A stretch of DNA of 64,000 nt from Eledone cirrhosa (taxonomy: Eukaryota). The number at the start of each line of letters is the position of its first letter. The first letter of the stretch is position 1. The DNA lies in assembly GCA_964016885.1 (NCBI GenBank), contig OZ024764.1, positions 7,502,001 through 7,566,000 on the forward strand, in the 5' to 3' direction. Of the stretch, positions 1 through 64,000 are shown piece by piece. A model generated the notes under the pieces. The model did not search any database and was not told the origin of the DNA. It saw nothing but the letters and a program-made list of their open reading frames with translations. A program made the translations under genes and the position numbers.

Positions 1-68
1 ATGAGGTAAAGCCTTTACCATGAAAATACAATAGTGTATATAGAGTAATGTAAATGCTAAAGGGTTAA
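1..68. mobile_element. End of a TTAA-flanked (piggyBac-type) MITE
   Basis: ends taaatgctaaagggTTAA; same sequence as the MITE ends at 9036-9106 and 43563-43633. Confidence 0.6.
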
Positions 69-138
69 GTTATCCATTCTAGATGGTAGCACTGTCGTAA
101 TCTTACAGAAAGTTTTATAATTTTGTTTTATCTAACAG

Positions 139-46587
<46,449 letters not shown>

Positions 46588-46943
46588 CAGATATATTTAA
46601 CACATCATCATCATCATCATCATCATTATAGTGCTGTCCACCTATCATGTCATGTTACCCTCAACAAGATCCTTAAGGATGGTCTGGAGGGAGTAGGTCT
46701 CTTCACAGTTCAAGGATAGGTCCCTCGTCTGGGAATCCACATTGTAACACCTTCTCTTGTGGCAACCTGGTGTGTATGACTAGCATCCCAGGTTTCACTA
46801 ACAACCAGACCAAAGAGGGCAAACTGTCCAAGTCTCAGCTGCTCTTTGATGGGTTTGTGGTTGAGTCTGTGGCAGTGGAGACCCCTTGACCACATCCCTG
46901 TCAACACTGCATCCTATATGTATATATATATATATATATATTT

Positions 46944-47113
46944 GGGAACAAGTATGACCCCGACGGCAGAGCTCAAGCCATTTCGACGGCTATTTCTGGA
47001 CTAAGTAAGAATTTTTAGCCTGGTAAAATATTTACCAGGCTAAATATTCTTACATAGTCCAGAAATAGCCGTCGAAATGGCTTGAGCTCTGCCGTCGGGG
47101 TCATACTTGTTCC
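46944..47113. repeat. Near-perfect palindrome (about 85-bp arms), about 360 nt after the stop codon
   Basis: ggaacaagtatgaccccgacggc...cctggtaaa ata tttaccagg...gccgtcggggtcatacttgttcc. Confidence 0.92.
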
Positions 47114-47195
47114 TATTACCCACTCTACTACACTAAGTATTGAGTACTTTGGTGCGTTATGGTCCATCTGGTTCCTTACCACAATTCCTTCGTTT

Positions 47196-51340
<4,145 letters not shown>

Positions 51341-51944
51341 GGTGGCTGCCAACTCGTTTTCGAGTACGGCCACTACTTTATATCCATGTAGGAGAACCCT
51401 TACCCATGCGCTGAACGAGTGTGACTTTTTAGTCCAGCCAGCGACTTGAAAACTCTCGTACAAACACTACACTTGTGACAATTATTGACACATAGTGCTG
51501 GGCCCATGGTACCCTGTGATGACAAGTGCAGAGAGATCTCCAGATAGAAAGCAATGCCTGTGCCGTGAAGCTTTTATAGTGAGCAAAGGCACTGCACAAA
51601 GCCAGTCCCACTCTCTTAACCAAGACGATATTTACCAAAAAGAAGAACAAGTCAACATCATTGGATACCATCAGGGTTGCAGCTGTTATATCAGAGTTTC
51701 CCTTCTCCTAGAATTCTGCATTGACAAAGGCTAAGGGGTCATCTCGCCCGGTGATTTTGGATGGCCATTGACTCTTAAGAGCTCCTTTGCCCTTTGACAG
51801 GTTTTGTTTTTAGTCCTGCAGGATGTCCAAAGTCACCCTCCTCACCAAGAAACCTTGGTAGGGTTGCCAGTTTAGTCACCAATGACCCGACCATGGGACA
51901 GGTTGTACTGGGATACATGTTACCAGTAGCACCAACTGGTGACC
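51341..51944 (-). mobile_element. Second copy of the about 600-bp repeat at 4768-5372
   Basis: sequence identity with 4768-5372. Confidence 0.8.
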
Positions 51945-54403
<2,459 letters not shown>

Positions 54404-55971
54404 CTATCTATCTATATAATATTAAAAGTCTGTGATTTCTTGCTTGTAATACAGCCAAAAGGGACATTTTTGGGGAAAAAAAAGTGCATCTTAAGTGCTG
54501 TCAAATACGGCACTTAAGGGGTTTCACAATGGATGTAACAATAAAAAGAACAGATTACATCTATTAGGGAGTTAATAGTAGCCTCTTTTATTTCCCATAT
54601 TTCTGATGAAAGACATAGTCTGGAAGAAAGAAAGGAAGGAAGAAGAAGTGTTGTTCTTTGTTTACTTTTCGCATACATATGTATTCATATATATATTTAT
54701 CATTATACTACTAAAACTCTGTGATTGTGTCTTGTCTGTAATGTAATACAGCCAAAAGGGAGCATAATGGGGGAATACTTTGAAAGGAAGTTGCCCCTGA
54801 AATGAGAATACAAATGGAATAAAACAAGTTTCGCGTAAATCGGTGCATGGGTTTCCAAGATATGGGTTTTTCTGGGTACCTTCATAAATAGCCCAAACGG
54901 TGGAAAAATACTCCGAAAAGTAACATAACCCTGAAATGGGAATACAAACAGAATAAAACAAGTTTGGTTTAAATCAGAGATAGACAATATTTTCATTATT
55001 CAAAAAACATTTTTAAGTGAATAGGATTTTTAAAAATACATTAAAAAAAATTTTTTTCCGTGATTTGTCAGTGAATATGATTTCAAAATTACAAGTTTTT
55101 TGTACTTTAAGTATCTATATTTCAGCTTTCTTTAAACAGATATCTTAATTATTAAAAAAACATTTGTAAGTGAATATGACTGAAAAATACGAGTTATTTT
55201 AATTATTTAGAAATATTTTTAAGTGAATGTGATTTCGAAAATACAAGTTGTTGGTACAGTATGTATTTATATTTTAACTTTCTTGACACAGACATTTTAA
55301 TTTTTAATTTTTATTTTAATTTTTTTTAAATTATTTTCAAGTGAATACGATTTTAAAAAAATATTTTTTGGCATATTTAAAAAATATTCTTAAGGGAAAA
55401 TGACTTAAAAAATACAAGTTGTTTGTATACTGAGTATTTATATTTCAGCTTTCTTTAAACAGACAATATTTTAAATATTAAAAAGTACTTTTAAGTGAAT
55501 ATGATTTGAAAAAACTATAAAGAAAAAATATAATCATAACAGCAGTTCTGTGTCTGTAGAATTTATCTTGAACCGGCATTCAGCGCGACATAGTTGAATT
55601 ATTGGAAATTATACTCAGACAATATAACACTTACATTGCGTCATTTCAACTGACAAAAGAATAAATTAAAAATACTCCTGAAGCTTCGATTACTATTACT
55701 ATTGATTCCTGCTCGAACACCAGCAATGGAGCATGACAGAAGATTCAATGCACAAACTGCAAACGAAGACTTTCTCCACGATGGCCCTCGGAAGTCTCCC
55801 CCCTATTGGAGAATTTTTCATTGTTCTTTTATTACAGCCTCCGTTTTTTTTGTTTTTTTACACGCAGAAATGCCCATTTGTACCGTCCTGTATTGCCCTG
55901 TACTGTCCTTAATGTCTACTTTGTGTAAACCCTTGTGGTTAATAAAGAAAGCATTATTATACAAAACAGCA

Positions 55972-56160
55972 GGCGGTGGATTGGCAGTATCGGTAGGGGT
56001 CGGACGCCATGCTTTCCAGCATAGTTATGTCTCTTTACGATCTGAGTTCAAATCCCGCCGAGGTTGACTTTGCCTTTCATCCTTACGGGGTCGATAAAAT
56101 AAAGTACCAGTAATGCACTGGGTAATTGCTGGCCTTGTGCCTAAAGTAGAAACAATTATT
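55972..56160 (+). mobile_element. SINE family A inside the Helitron, with an about 19-bp target-site duplication
   Basis: attattatacaaaa(c/g)agca on both sides. Confidence 0.85.
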
Positions 56161-57044
56161 ATACAAAAGAGCACCGAACTTCAGGCAGCACGGCACATTG
56201 TGTTGAAAGAAAAAGGCAGACAGCTGCAAATAATCTCAGAGTCTCATCAGTCCTGTGACAGTTTGCAGTATGTTCTATTTCTTCCTTTTGGCAATGACGG
56301 ATGGTATCATGATCTGTTAATGAGTAACAGAAAGAAGTTGATGCCAGTGTGTTACTATGCCTATCGAATAATGAACCATGAGAATGAATTCAACCAACTT
56401 CTCAGAGGCGGTCATTTATTTCAGCAATATTTGGTTGACATGGCTGCGAAGATTGAAGGAGATAGACTGCAATACATCCGAATGAATCAAACACCATTGA
56501 GATCTACAACATACAAGGGCTTTACTGACGCATTGAATGGTGATGATGATTTTTGCAACATCGACAGGCAAATCATACTCTGGACCGAGATATATGATGG
56601 AGTGATCCCAGAATACCATGATGCACATATGGAAGTATGGCAATGCTTCATTCTTCATTACAATGACATGCAATCCAAACTGGCCCAAAATCCAGCAAAA
56701 CCTATTCCTGAATCCGAAGCCATATGACAGGCCAGAGTTAATTGCCAGAGTATTTGAACTGAAGTGGAAACTGTTCATAAAGTATCTTAACTGGATTAGA
56801 TGGCTTATTTGGTAAGTTCATTGCTTACGTGCTGACCGTTGAATATCAAAAGTGAGGTCTTCCCCATGTGCACTGTTTGCTATGGCTCAATGAAGACTCC
56901 AATTCATTCAAGCTGAAATACCAGATGCAAACAAAGACCCAGAGGGTCATGAATTGGTACTGAAGTACATGATCCATTGTCCTTGCTCTATTCCTAATTG
57001 TTTGTTGGCAAAGATGCTCAGCTCTCCAAATGTCTGATTTTTTT

Positions 57045-57583
57045 TCTCTCTCCTGCTTCCGTCACTTTCCCTCTGTTCCACCAGACACTCAGCCCTCCGA
57101 GTGTCCAATTCATGATCTCTCCTGCTTCCGTCACTTTCCCTCTGTTCCGCCAGACACTCAGCCCTCCGAGTGTCCAATCCATGATCTCTCCTGCTTCCGT
57201 CAGACACTCAGCCCTCCGAGTGTCCAATTCATGATCTCTCCTGCTTCCGCCAGACACTCAGCCCTCCGAGTGTCTAATTCATGATCTCTCCTGCTTCCGC
57301 CAGACACTCAGCCCTCCGAGTGTCTAATTCATGATCTCTCCTGCTTCCACCAGACACTCAGCCCTCCGAGTGTCCAATTCATGATCTCTCCTGCTTCCGC
57401 CAGACACTCAGCCCTCCGAGCGTCCAATTCATGATATCTCCTGCTTCCGCCAGACACTCAGCCCTCCGAGTGTCCAATTCATGATATCTCCTGCTTCCGC
57501 CAGACACTCAGCCCTCCGAGCGTCCAATTCATGATCTCTCCTGCTTCCGTCACTTTCCCTCTGTTCCGCCAGACACTCAGCCC
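57045..57583. repeat. 50-bp minisatellite (72-bp variants), about 10 copies
   Basis: atgatctctcctgcttccgccagacactcagccctccgagtgtccaattc at 50-nt spacing. Confidence 0.93.
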
Positions 57584-57805
57584 TTGCTTTATCACTCTCA
57601 TCAATCCTTCTAATCCCCTGCCTGTCCGATCTTGTTGACATTGACCACTATCTTGTTCCCCTTCTTCAGCTCTCCTTAGCCGCGCTCTCTTCCCACTATC
57701 TATAGACCAGCCAGATGTTTTCTCTCTTCCTCCTCCAGGCATCGTCTAATTGTATTCACCTTAGAAAAAATTCCTATTACGTCAAAAAATATTTTTTTTA
57801 AATCA

Positions 57806-58630
57806 TCACCACGACATACCTGGTCAAGCAGACGACACCACACCGCCATAAACACCACACCACGACATTCCTGGTCAACCAGAAGACACCACACCGCCAT
57901 AAACACCACACCACGACATTCCTGGTCAACCAGAAGACACCACACCGCCATAAACACCACACCACGACATTCCTGGTCAACCAGAAGACACCACACCGCC
58001 ATAAACACCACACCACAACATTCCTGGTCAACCAGAAGACACCACACCGCCATAAACACCACACCACGACATTCCTGGTCAACCAGACGACACCACACCG
58101 CCATAAACACCACACCACGACATTCCTGGTCAACCAGAAGACACCACACCGCCATAAACACCACACCACGACATACCTGGTCAAGCAGACGACACCACAC
58201 TGCCATAAACACCACACCACGACATACCTGGTCAACCAGAAGACACCACACCGCCATAAACACCACACCACGACATTCCTGGTCAACCAGACGACACCGC
58301 ACTGCCATAAACACCACACCACGACATTCCTGGTCAACCACACAACACCACACCACGACATACCTGGTCAACCAGAAGACACCACACCGCCATAAACACC
58401 ACACCACGACATTCTTGGTCAACCAGAAGACACCACACCGCCATAAACACCACACCACGACATTCCTGGTCAACCAGAAGACACCACACCGCCATAAACA
58501 CCACACCACGATATTCCTGGTCAACCAGAAGACACCACACCGCCATAAACACCACACCACGACATTCCTGGTCAACCACACTACGACATACCTGGTCAAC
58601 CAGAAGACACCACACCGCCATAAACACCAC
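57806..58630. repeat. 51-bp minisatellite, about 16 copies
   Basis: accacgacattcctggtcaaccagaagacaccacaccgccataaacaccac. Confidence 0.93.
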
Positions 58631-58834
58631 ATTGATAATAATTCACGGTGTTGGAGAGATGGAACTTGCAGTAAGTGGTACCCTAAGACTTTCAATGAAC
58701 ATACATTGTGTGGAGAGGACTGTCATCCTATGTAGAGAGGAGACGGTCTCCAGGAAGGGGAGGATTTGAAGGGCAACAAGAAGGGAAAGCTGAAATATAA
58801 CTTTGGAATGGGTGGTTCCTTACAATATGAAACT

Positions 58835-59125
58835 ATTAAAACTGTTCATGTATACAAAAGTCAGCTCAAAAGTGACACAGAGGAGACTGAGGTTAGCTGG
58901 ACATGCTCACCGACATCCAGAGTTGACATTGCACTCAGTGCTCCTTTGGGAGCCCCTACATGGACACACTAGAAGAGGAAGACCAAGGTTAACATATGTT
59001 GATGCCCTAAGGACAGACACTGGTCTGTTGGAGATGCAGGATATGGCAGCGATAATGAGGGACAGAGACCGCTGGAGAGAACTCGTCCATGGATCTCGGG
59101 AATTTTACCCGCCTTAGATAGATAT
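58835..59125 (+). mobile_element. RTE-like LINE 3' fragment inserted in the Helitron
   Basis: RRLRLAGHAHRHPE...LLWEPLHG..RRGRPRLTYVDAL..DTG. Confidence 0.85.
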
Positions 59126-59221
59126 ATATATATATCATAAAACATGTCTATAGAATCACAAGATATATATATATATATATATCATAAATATATACACACA
59201 CACATATATATATATACATAT

Positions 59222-59693
59222 TGACCCCTTAAGGATGAAAGGCAAAGTTAACCTCGGCAGAATTCGAAATTAGGCCGTAAAGGGCCATAACTCTATGCTG
59301 CAAAGCATGGCGTCCAACCCTCTACCGAGTCTGCAAATCCCACACCCTAATAATAATAATAATAACTGTTTCTACTTTAGGCACAAGGCCAGCAAATACC
59401 CAGTGCATTACTGGTACTTTATTTTATCGACCCCGTAAGGATGAAAGGCAAAGTCAACCTCGGCGGGATTTGAACTCAGATCATAAAGGGACGTAACTAT
59501 GCTGGAAAGCATGGCGTCCGACCCTCTACCGATACTCCCAATCCACCGATAATAAAAATAATAATTGTTTCTACTTTTGGCACAAGGCTAGCAATTACCC
59601 CAGTGCATTACTGGTACTTTTATTTTATCGACCCCCCGTAAGGATGAAAGGCAAAGTTAACCTCGGCGGGATTTGAACTCAGACCATAAAGGG
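59222..59693 (-). mobile_element. Cluster of three SINE family A copies
   Basis: repeated gaccccgtaaggatgaaaggcaaag reverse-complement core. Confidence 0.85.
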
Positions 59694-59970
59694 AGGTATT
59701 TCTTTGCTGCCATAAACGTAGAGATATACTCTTCCTTGAAATCAATCAAATACGTTGTCAAATATACCATGAAGGGCAGTGATCAGGCAATGTTTGGAGT
59801 GAACAGAGATGATGAGATAACACAGTATTTAACAGGAAGATATAACAGTCCTTCAGAAGCTGTTGCCTCGGTACTTGGATTTCCAATTCATGAGAGGGAA
59901 CCGGCCGTAGTTCGCCTTCAAGTTCATCTCCCTGAGGAAAATCCAATCTTCTTTCGGGTCACTGCTGCTG

Positions 59971-60908
59971 CTAACCCTTTAGCATTCACATTACTCTATA
60001 TATACTATTGTATTTTCACAGTAAAGGCTTTACCTCACATAATATCTCACATAACATTTACATTACTCTATATATACTATTGTATTTTCACAGTAAAGGC
60101 TTTACCTCACATAACATTTACATTACTCTATATATACTATTGTATTTTCACAGTAAAGGCTTTACCTCACATAACATTTACATTACTCTATATATACTAT
60201 TGTATTTTCACAGTAAAGGCTTTACCTCACATAATATCTCACATAACATTTACATTACTCTATATATACTATTGTATTGTCACAGTAAAGGCTTTACCTC
60301 ACATAACATTTACATTACTCTATATATACTATTGTATTTTCACAGTAAAGGCTTTACCTCACATAATATCTCACATAACATTTACATTACTCTATATATA
60401 CTATTGTATTTTCACAGTAAAGGCTTTACCTCACATAACATTTACATTACTCTATATATACTATTGTATTGTCACAGTAAAGGCTTTACCTCACATAACA
60501 TTTACATTACTCTATATATACTATTGTATTTTCACAGTAAAGGCTTTACCTCACATAATATCTCACATAACATTTACATTACTCTATATATACTATTATA
60601 TTTTCATGGTAAAGGCTTTACCTCATATAATATCTCACATAACATTTACATTACTCTATATATACTATTATATTTTCACAGTAAAGGCTTTACCTCACAT
60701 AACATTTACATTACTCTATATATACTATTATATTTTCATGGTAAAGTCTTTACCTTGTATAATTATCTCACATAATATCAAATCTATGAGATTTTGAAAG
60801 TATTTATTTTGAGAACAATACCTTAACATCAGTTTGAGTGACCAGTTACAGCCAGTTTAAACAGAAAAAGGTAGAGAATTCTGGCCGGTTTGAACATTAA
60901 AGAGTTAA
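59971..60908. mobile_element. TTAA-type MITE (reverse orientation) with a 60/72-bp subterminal unit amplified about 12 times
   Basis: taaccctttagcatt ... attaaagagTTAA; unit acatttacattactctatatatactattgtattttcacagtaaaggctttacctcacata. Confidence 0.85.
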
Positions 60909-61155
60909 AGTAAACAATCATTTGGCTAAGACAACTCTGACTGAGTTCATGGATTTTTGCGCTCGTGATCCGTTTGCAAAAACATTGTATTATGCTCCAT
61001 GTGCCAAGGTTTTACACTTGGAGTAATAAGAGATGGGAAAGCAGGAAGGTGGGGGAAACAGTTGAGCAGTATTCAGGGATTTCTGAGGTGAATGTTTTGG
61101 GACAAGTATACACTGTTTCTCCACGATGTGGTGACCAGTATTACTTAAGACTCCT

Positions 61156-61569
61156 AGGGCGGTGGGTTGGCAGAATCGGTAGAGCGTCAGACACCATGCT
61201 TTGCAGCATAGAGTTACGGTCCTTTACAGTCTGAGTTCAAATCCCACCGAGGTTAACTTTGCCTTTCATCCTTACAGGGTTGATAAAATAAAGTACCAGT
61301 AATGTACTGGGGTCAATTTAATCGACTTTCCCCTCCCCCCCAAATTAGAGGCCTTGTCCCTATACTAGAAATCATTATTTAAGACTTGGCAGTATCGGTA
61401 GAGGGTCGGACGCCATGCTTTCCAGCATAGAGTTACGTCCCTTTACGATCTGAGTTCAAATCCCGCCGAGGTTAACTTTGCCTTTCATCCTTACAGGGTT
61501 AGATAAAATAAAGTACCAGTAATGCACTGGGGTAATTGCTGGCCTTGTGCCTAAAGTAGAAACAATTAT
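61156..61569 (+). mobile_element. Two tandem SINE family A copies with nested target-site duplications
   Basis: ttaagactcct [SINE] ttaagact [SINE] ttaagactcct. Confidence 0.88.
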
Positions 61570-61801
61570 TTAAGACTCCTTCTGAATCACGTCAAAGGGC
61601 CAGTACCCTTCAACTCCTTGAAAATGTGTGGAGAACTCCTGCCATTATTCAAAGACGGGCGGTGGATTGGCAGTATCGGTGGAGGGTCGGACGCCATGCT
61701 TTGCAGCATAGAGTTACGGCCCTTTATGGTCCGAGTTCAAATCCCGTCTATGAGAGTAGGTAAACTAAATAAACACGAGAGAATATATATATATATATAT
61801 A

Positions 61802-62135
61802 TGGAGGCACATGGCTTAGTGGTTAGAGCATTGGCTTTGCAATCAAAAGGTTGTGAGTTCAATTCTCAGACTGGGTGATGTGTTGTTTCCTTGAGCAAGA
61901 CACTTTATTTCACATTGCTCCAGTTTACTCAGCTGTAGAAATGAGATGATAGGGACTGGGGTCCCTATCATTCCACTGTAAAGTGGTCGTGGAGGCGCCA
62001 CGGCAAAAAAAGCACCCAGCACTCACTGTAAATGAGGTTGGTGTTAGGAAGGGCATCCAGCTGTAGAAATCAAGCCAGAATCAGTTCCCGTCCCACCCTT
62101 GCAAGCAGAGAAAAGCGGACGTAAAATGAAATGAT
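61802..62135 (+). mobile_element. Full-length SINE family B (tRNA head, ccttgagcaag core, RTE-type tail)
   Basis: tggcttagtggtt A-box, gagttcaattc B-box, tail cccacccttgcaagcag..aaaagcggacgtaaaatga. Confidence 0.87.
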
Positions 62136-62532
62136 ATATATATACATACATCATCATCATCAAACACATATAAACAATTTGAATATATAACATTTTATTC
62201 ATTTAAAATTTGTTTTATTTATCTTTTTTAATTTTTATTTTGTGTTGAAAAAGGCAGTGAAATGTTGACAGAGTCCTTAAAATGCCAGATAAAATGATTT
62301 GGACTATTTCATTTGGCTTTCTCTGCTCCTTCTCAGTTTAATTCCTGCCGAGCTCAACTTTGCTTTTCATTCTTTCGAGTTCATTGAATACAATACCAGT
62401 CAAATACTGGGGTCAATTCTTCCTCTATCTCTCTCTCTATATATATATATGGCGTAGGCATTACAATACATTGGGAGGAAACATAATAGTACCACTGATG
62501 ATGTCACAGATGTGTGATAAAAGAACTTTGTT

Positions 62533-62575
<43 letters not shown>

Positions 62576-63526
62576 AGAACAAAAGATGGTTAAAGGAGTT
62601 CCATGTATTTTATTATGCGCATTTCAAAAACATGGAACTCCTTTAACCATCTTTTGTTCTTATATATTATGTATACTCCAGTCCCACAAACTGTAGAGTG
62701 CTTCTTATCCGATATCTGCATTGCTTTATTGTACTACAATAAAACTCACCTCCTACATTATATATATATATATATATTTATTCAGGTTTGAGGTTCACCA
62801 CTGTATAGAGCTGGTCTATTCCGTATGGTCAATCGTAATGCAATAATATAGAGAGTACTCAACGTAAGGCAGTTCAACCGTCTTTGTTTTTGTAGTTGGT
62901 GGTGCTATTACGGAGTTAAATATTATAATGAAATGACAGGAGGCTGGATTTGTGGAACCCGGTCATTGAAATGATCATTGTATAATAAACCTTTCAAGGA
63001 TTTACACAAATCCAGCCTCCTGTCATTTCATTACATTCATATGATTTATTGATTTATTGATATTTTATCTGAGTGACCCGAATCTTCCAGATCGTAATTT
63101 TTCGGTCGTATGGTTGATTTTAGACATAATCTATGTGTGTTGGTATTTTAACGATAGTTATAGCTCTGATTTATCTGAATTATTGAGCCCTCTGCCACTT
63201 ATATCGAGTTTTGTTTATCGTGAACTCGTGCGCCGATTTTTCGATACTCGATTATTCTACTAATTATATATATATATATTTATATCTGTATTTTAACCGT
63301 TGGTCAATCAATGATAAACATTGATTGACAGATAAATTAACTATGGAGATATAAAAGATACAGAAGCGAAAACCAACCAAACAGTGAGTGTGTTCTGTTA
63401 TTATTTCTGGCAATATTATTACAACAATATGACCCTCCCCAAATATAACAATATTTGTTACGACACACGATTTAATATCAAAAACCTTCCAAAACAAATA
63501 TATATATATATATATGTGCGCATATA

Positions 63527-63686
<160 letters not shown>

Positions 63687-63738
63687 TATATATGTCCTCT
63701 TTTTTGACTTGTTATCTTGTATATTTTTATCTACATTA

Positions 63739-64000
63739 TGGAGGCACATGCTTAGTGGTTAGAGCATTGGCCTTGCAATCGAAAGGTTGTGAGTTCAATT
63801 CTCAGACCGGGTGATGTGTTGTTTCCTTGAGCAAGACACTTTATTTCACATTGCTCCAGTTTACTCAGCTGTAGAAATGAGATGATAGGGACCCCAGTCT
63901 CTATCATTCCACTGCAAAGTGGTCGTGGAGGTGCCACGGCAAAAAAAAAGCACCCAGCACTCACTGTAAATGGTGTTGGTGTTAGGAAGGGCATCCAGCT
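63739..64000 (+). mobile_element. SINE family B copy, cut by the window end
   Basis: near-identical to 61802-62060. Confidence 0.87.

Larger units (their letters stand above)
55565..61656 (+). mobile_element. Fossil Helitron Rep (HUH/Y2) coding region, pseudogenised and split by nested insertions; helicase domain absent
   Basis: Collinear motifs: EHDRRFNAQTANE; DSLQYVLFLPFGNDGW; LFQQYLVDMAAKIE..RL; FITMTCNPNW; DRPELIARVF; EYQK*GLPHVH; AEIPD..MIHCPC; CSKWYPK; WVVPYN; INVE..SIKYVVKYTMKGSD; DEITQY..RY; RLQVHLPE; YYLRLLLNHVKGP. Confidence 0.92.

Noticed and set aside
57700-58695. 331-aa Val/Trp/Cys-rich ORF, and a possible RT motif (FFDVIGIFSKV)
   Set aside because: The ORF is a 51-bp minisatellite translation, and the RT-like motif is too short to support a call.
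59673-60797. 374-aa ORF as an intact gene
   Set aside because: A chimera of a SINE end, the Helitron Y2 fragment and the MITE-derived tandem array.

Overview
Eukaryotic, AT-rich and repeat-dense genomic DNA. The SINE families, RTE LINEs and very long (TA)n tracts suggest a coleoid cephalopod, probably an octopod (inference). One host gene can be assembled by hand on the + strand: the last 18 coding exons (139-46587, about 544 aa, 5' part outside the window) of an M13-family (neprilysin/ECE-like) metallopeptidase. All introns are GT-AG, the phases are consistent and the frame is open to a TAA. The protein looks like a pseudo-peptidase: HExxH reads HQIFH, the His711-equivalent is Tyr, and both cysteines of the C-terminal disulfide are lost, while the zinc ligands and substrate-binding motifs (VNAFY, ENIAD, R717) are kept. 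The introns hold RTE LINE fragments (some with a PHD-like finger), tRNA-derived SINEs, a deleted mariner, TTAA-flanked MITEs, Penelope-type palindromes with hammerhead-ribozyme cores, and many minisatellites grown from transposon pieces. One 46-bp array is a 34-fold amplification of the splice acceptor of exon 12. Downstream are multi-kb TA-rich microsatellites and a fragmented Helitron Rep fossil with nested insertions. Most ORFs in the supplied track are repeat artefacts.
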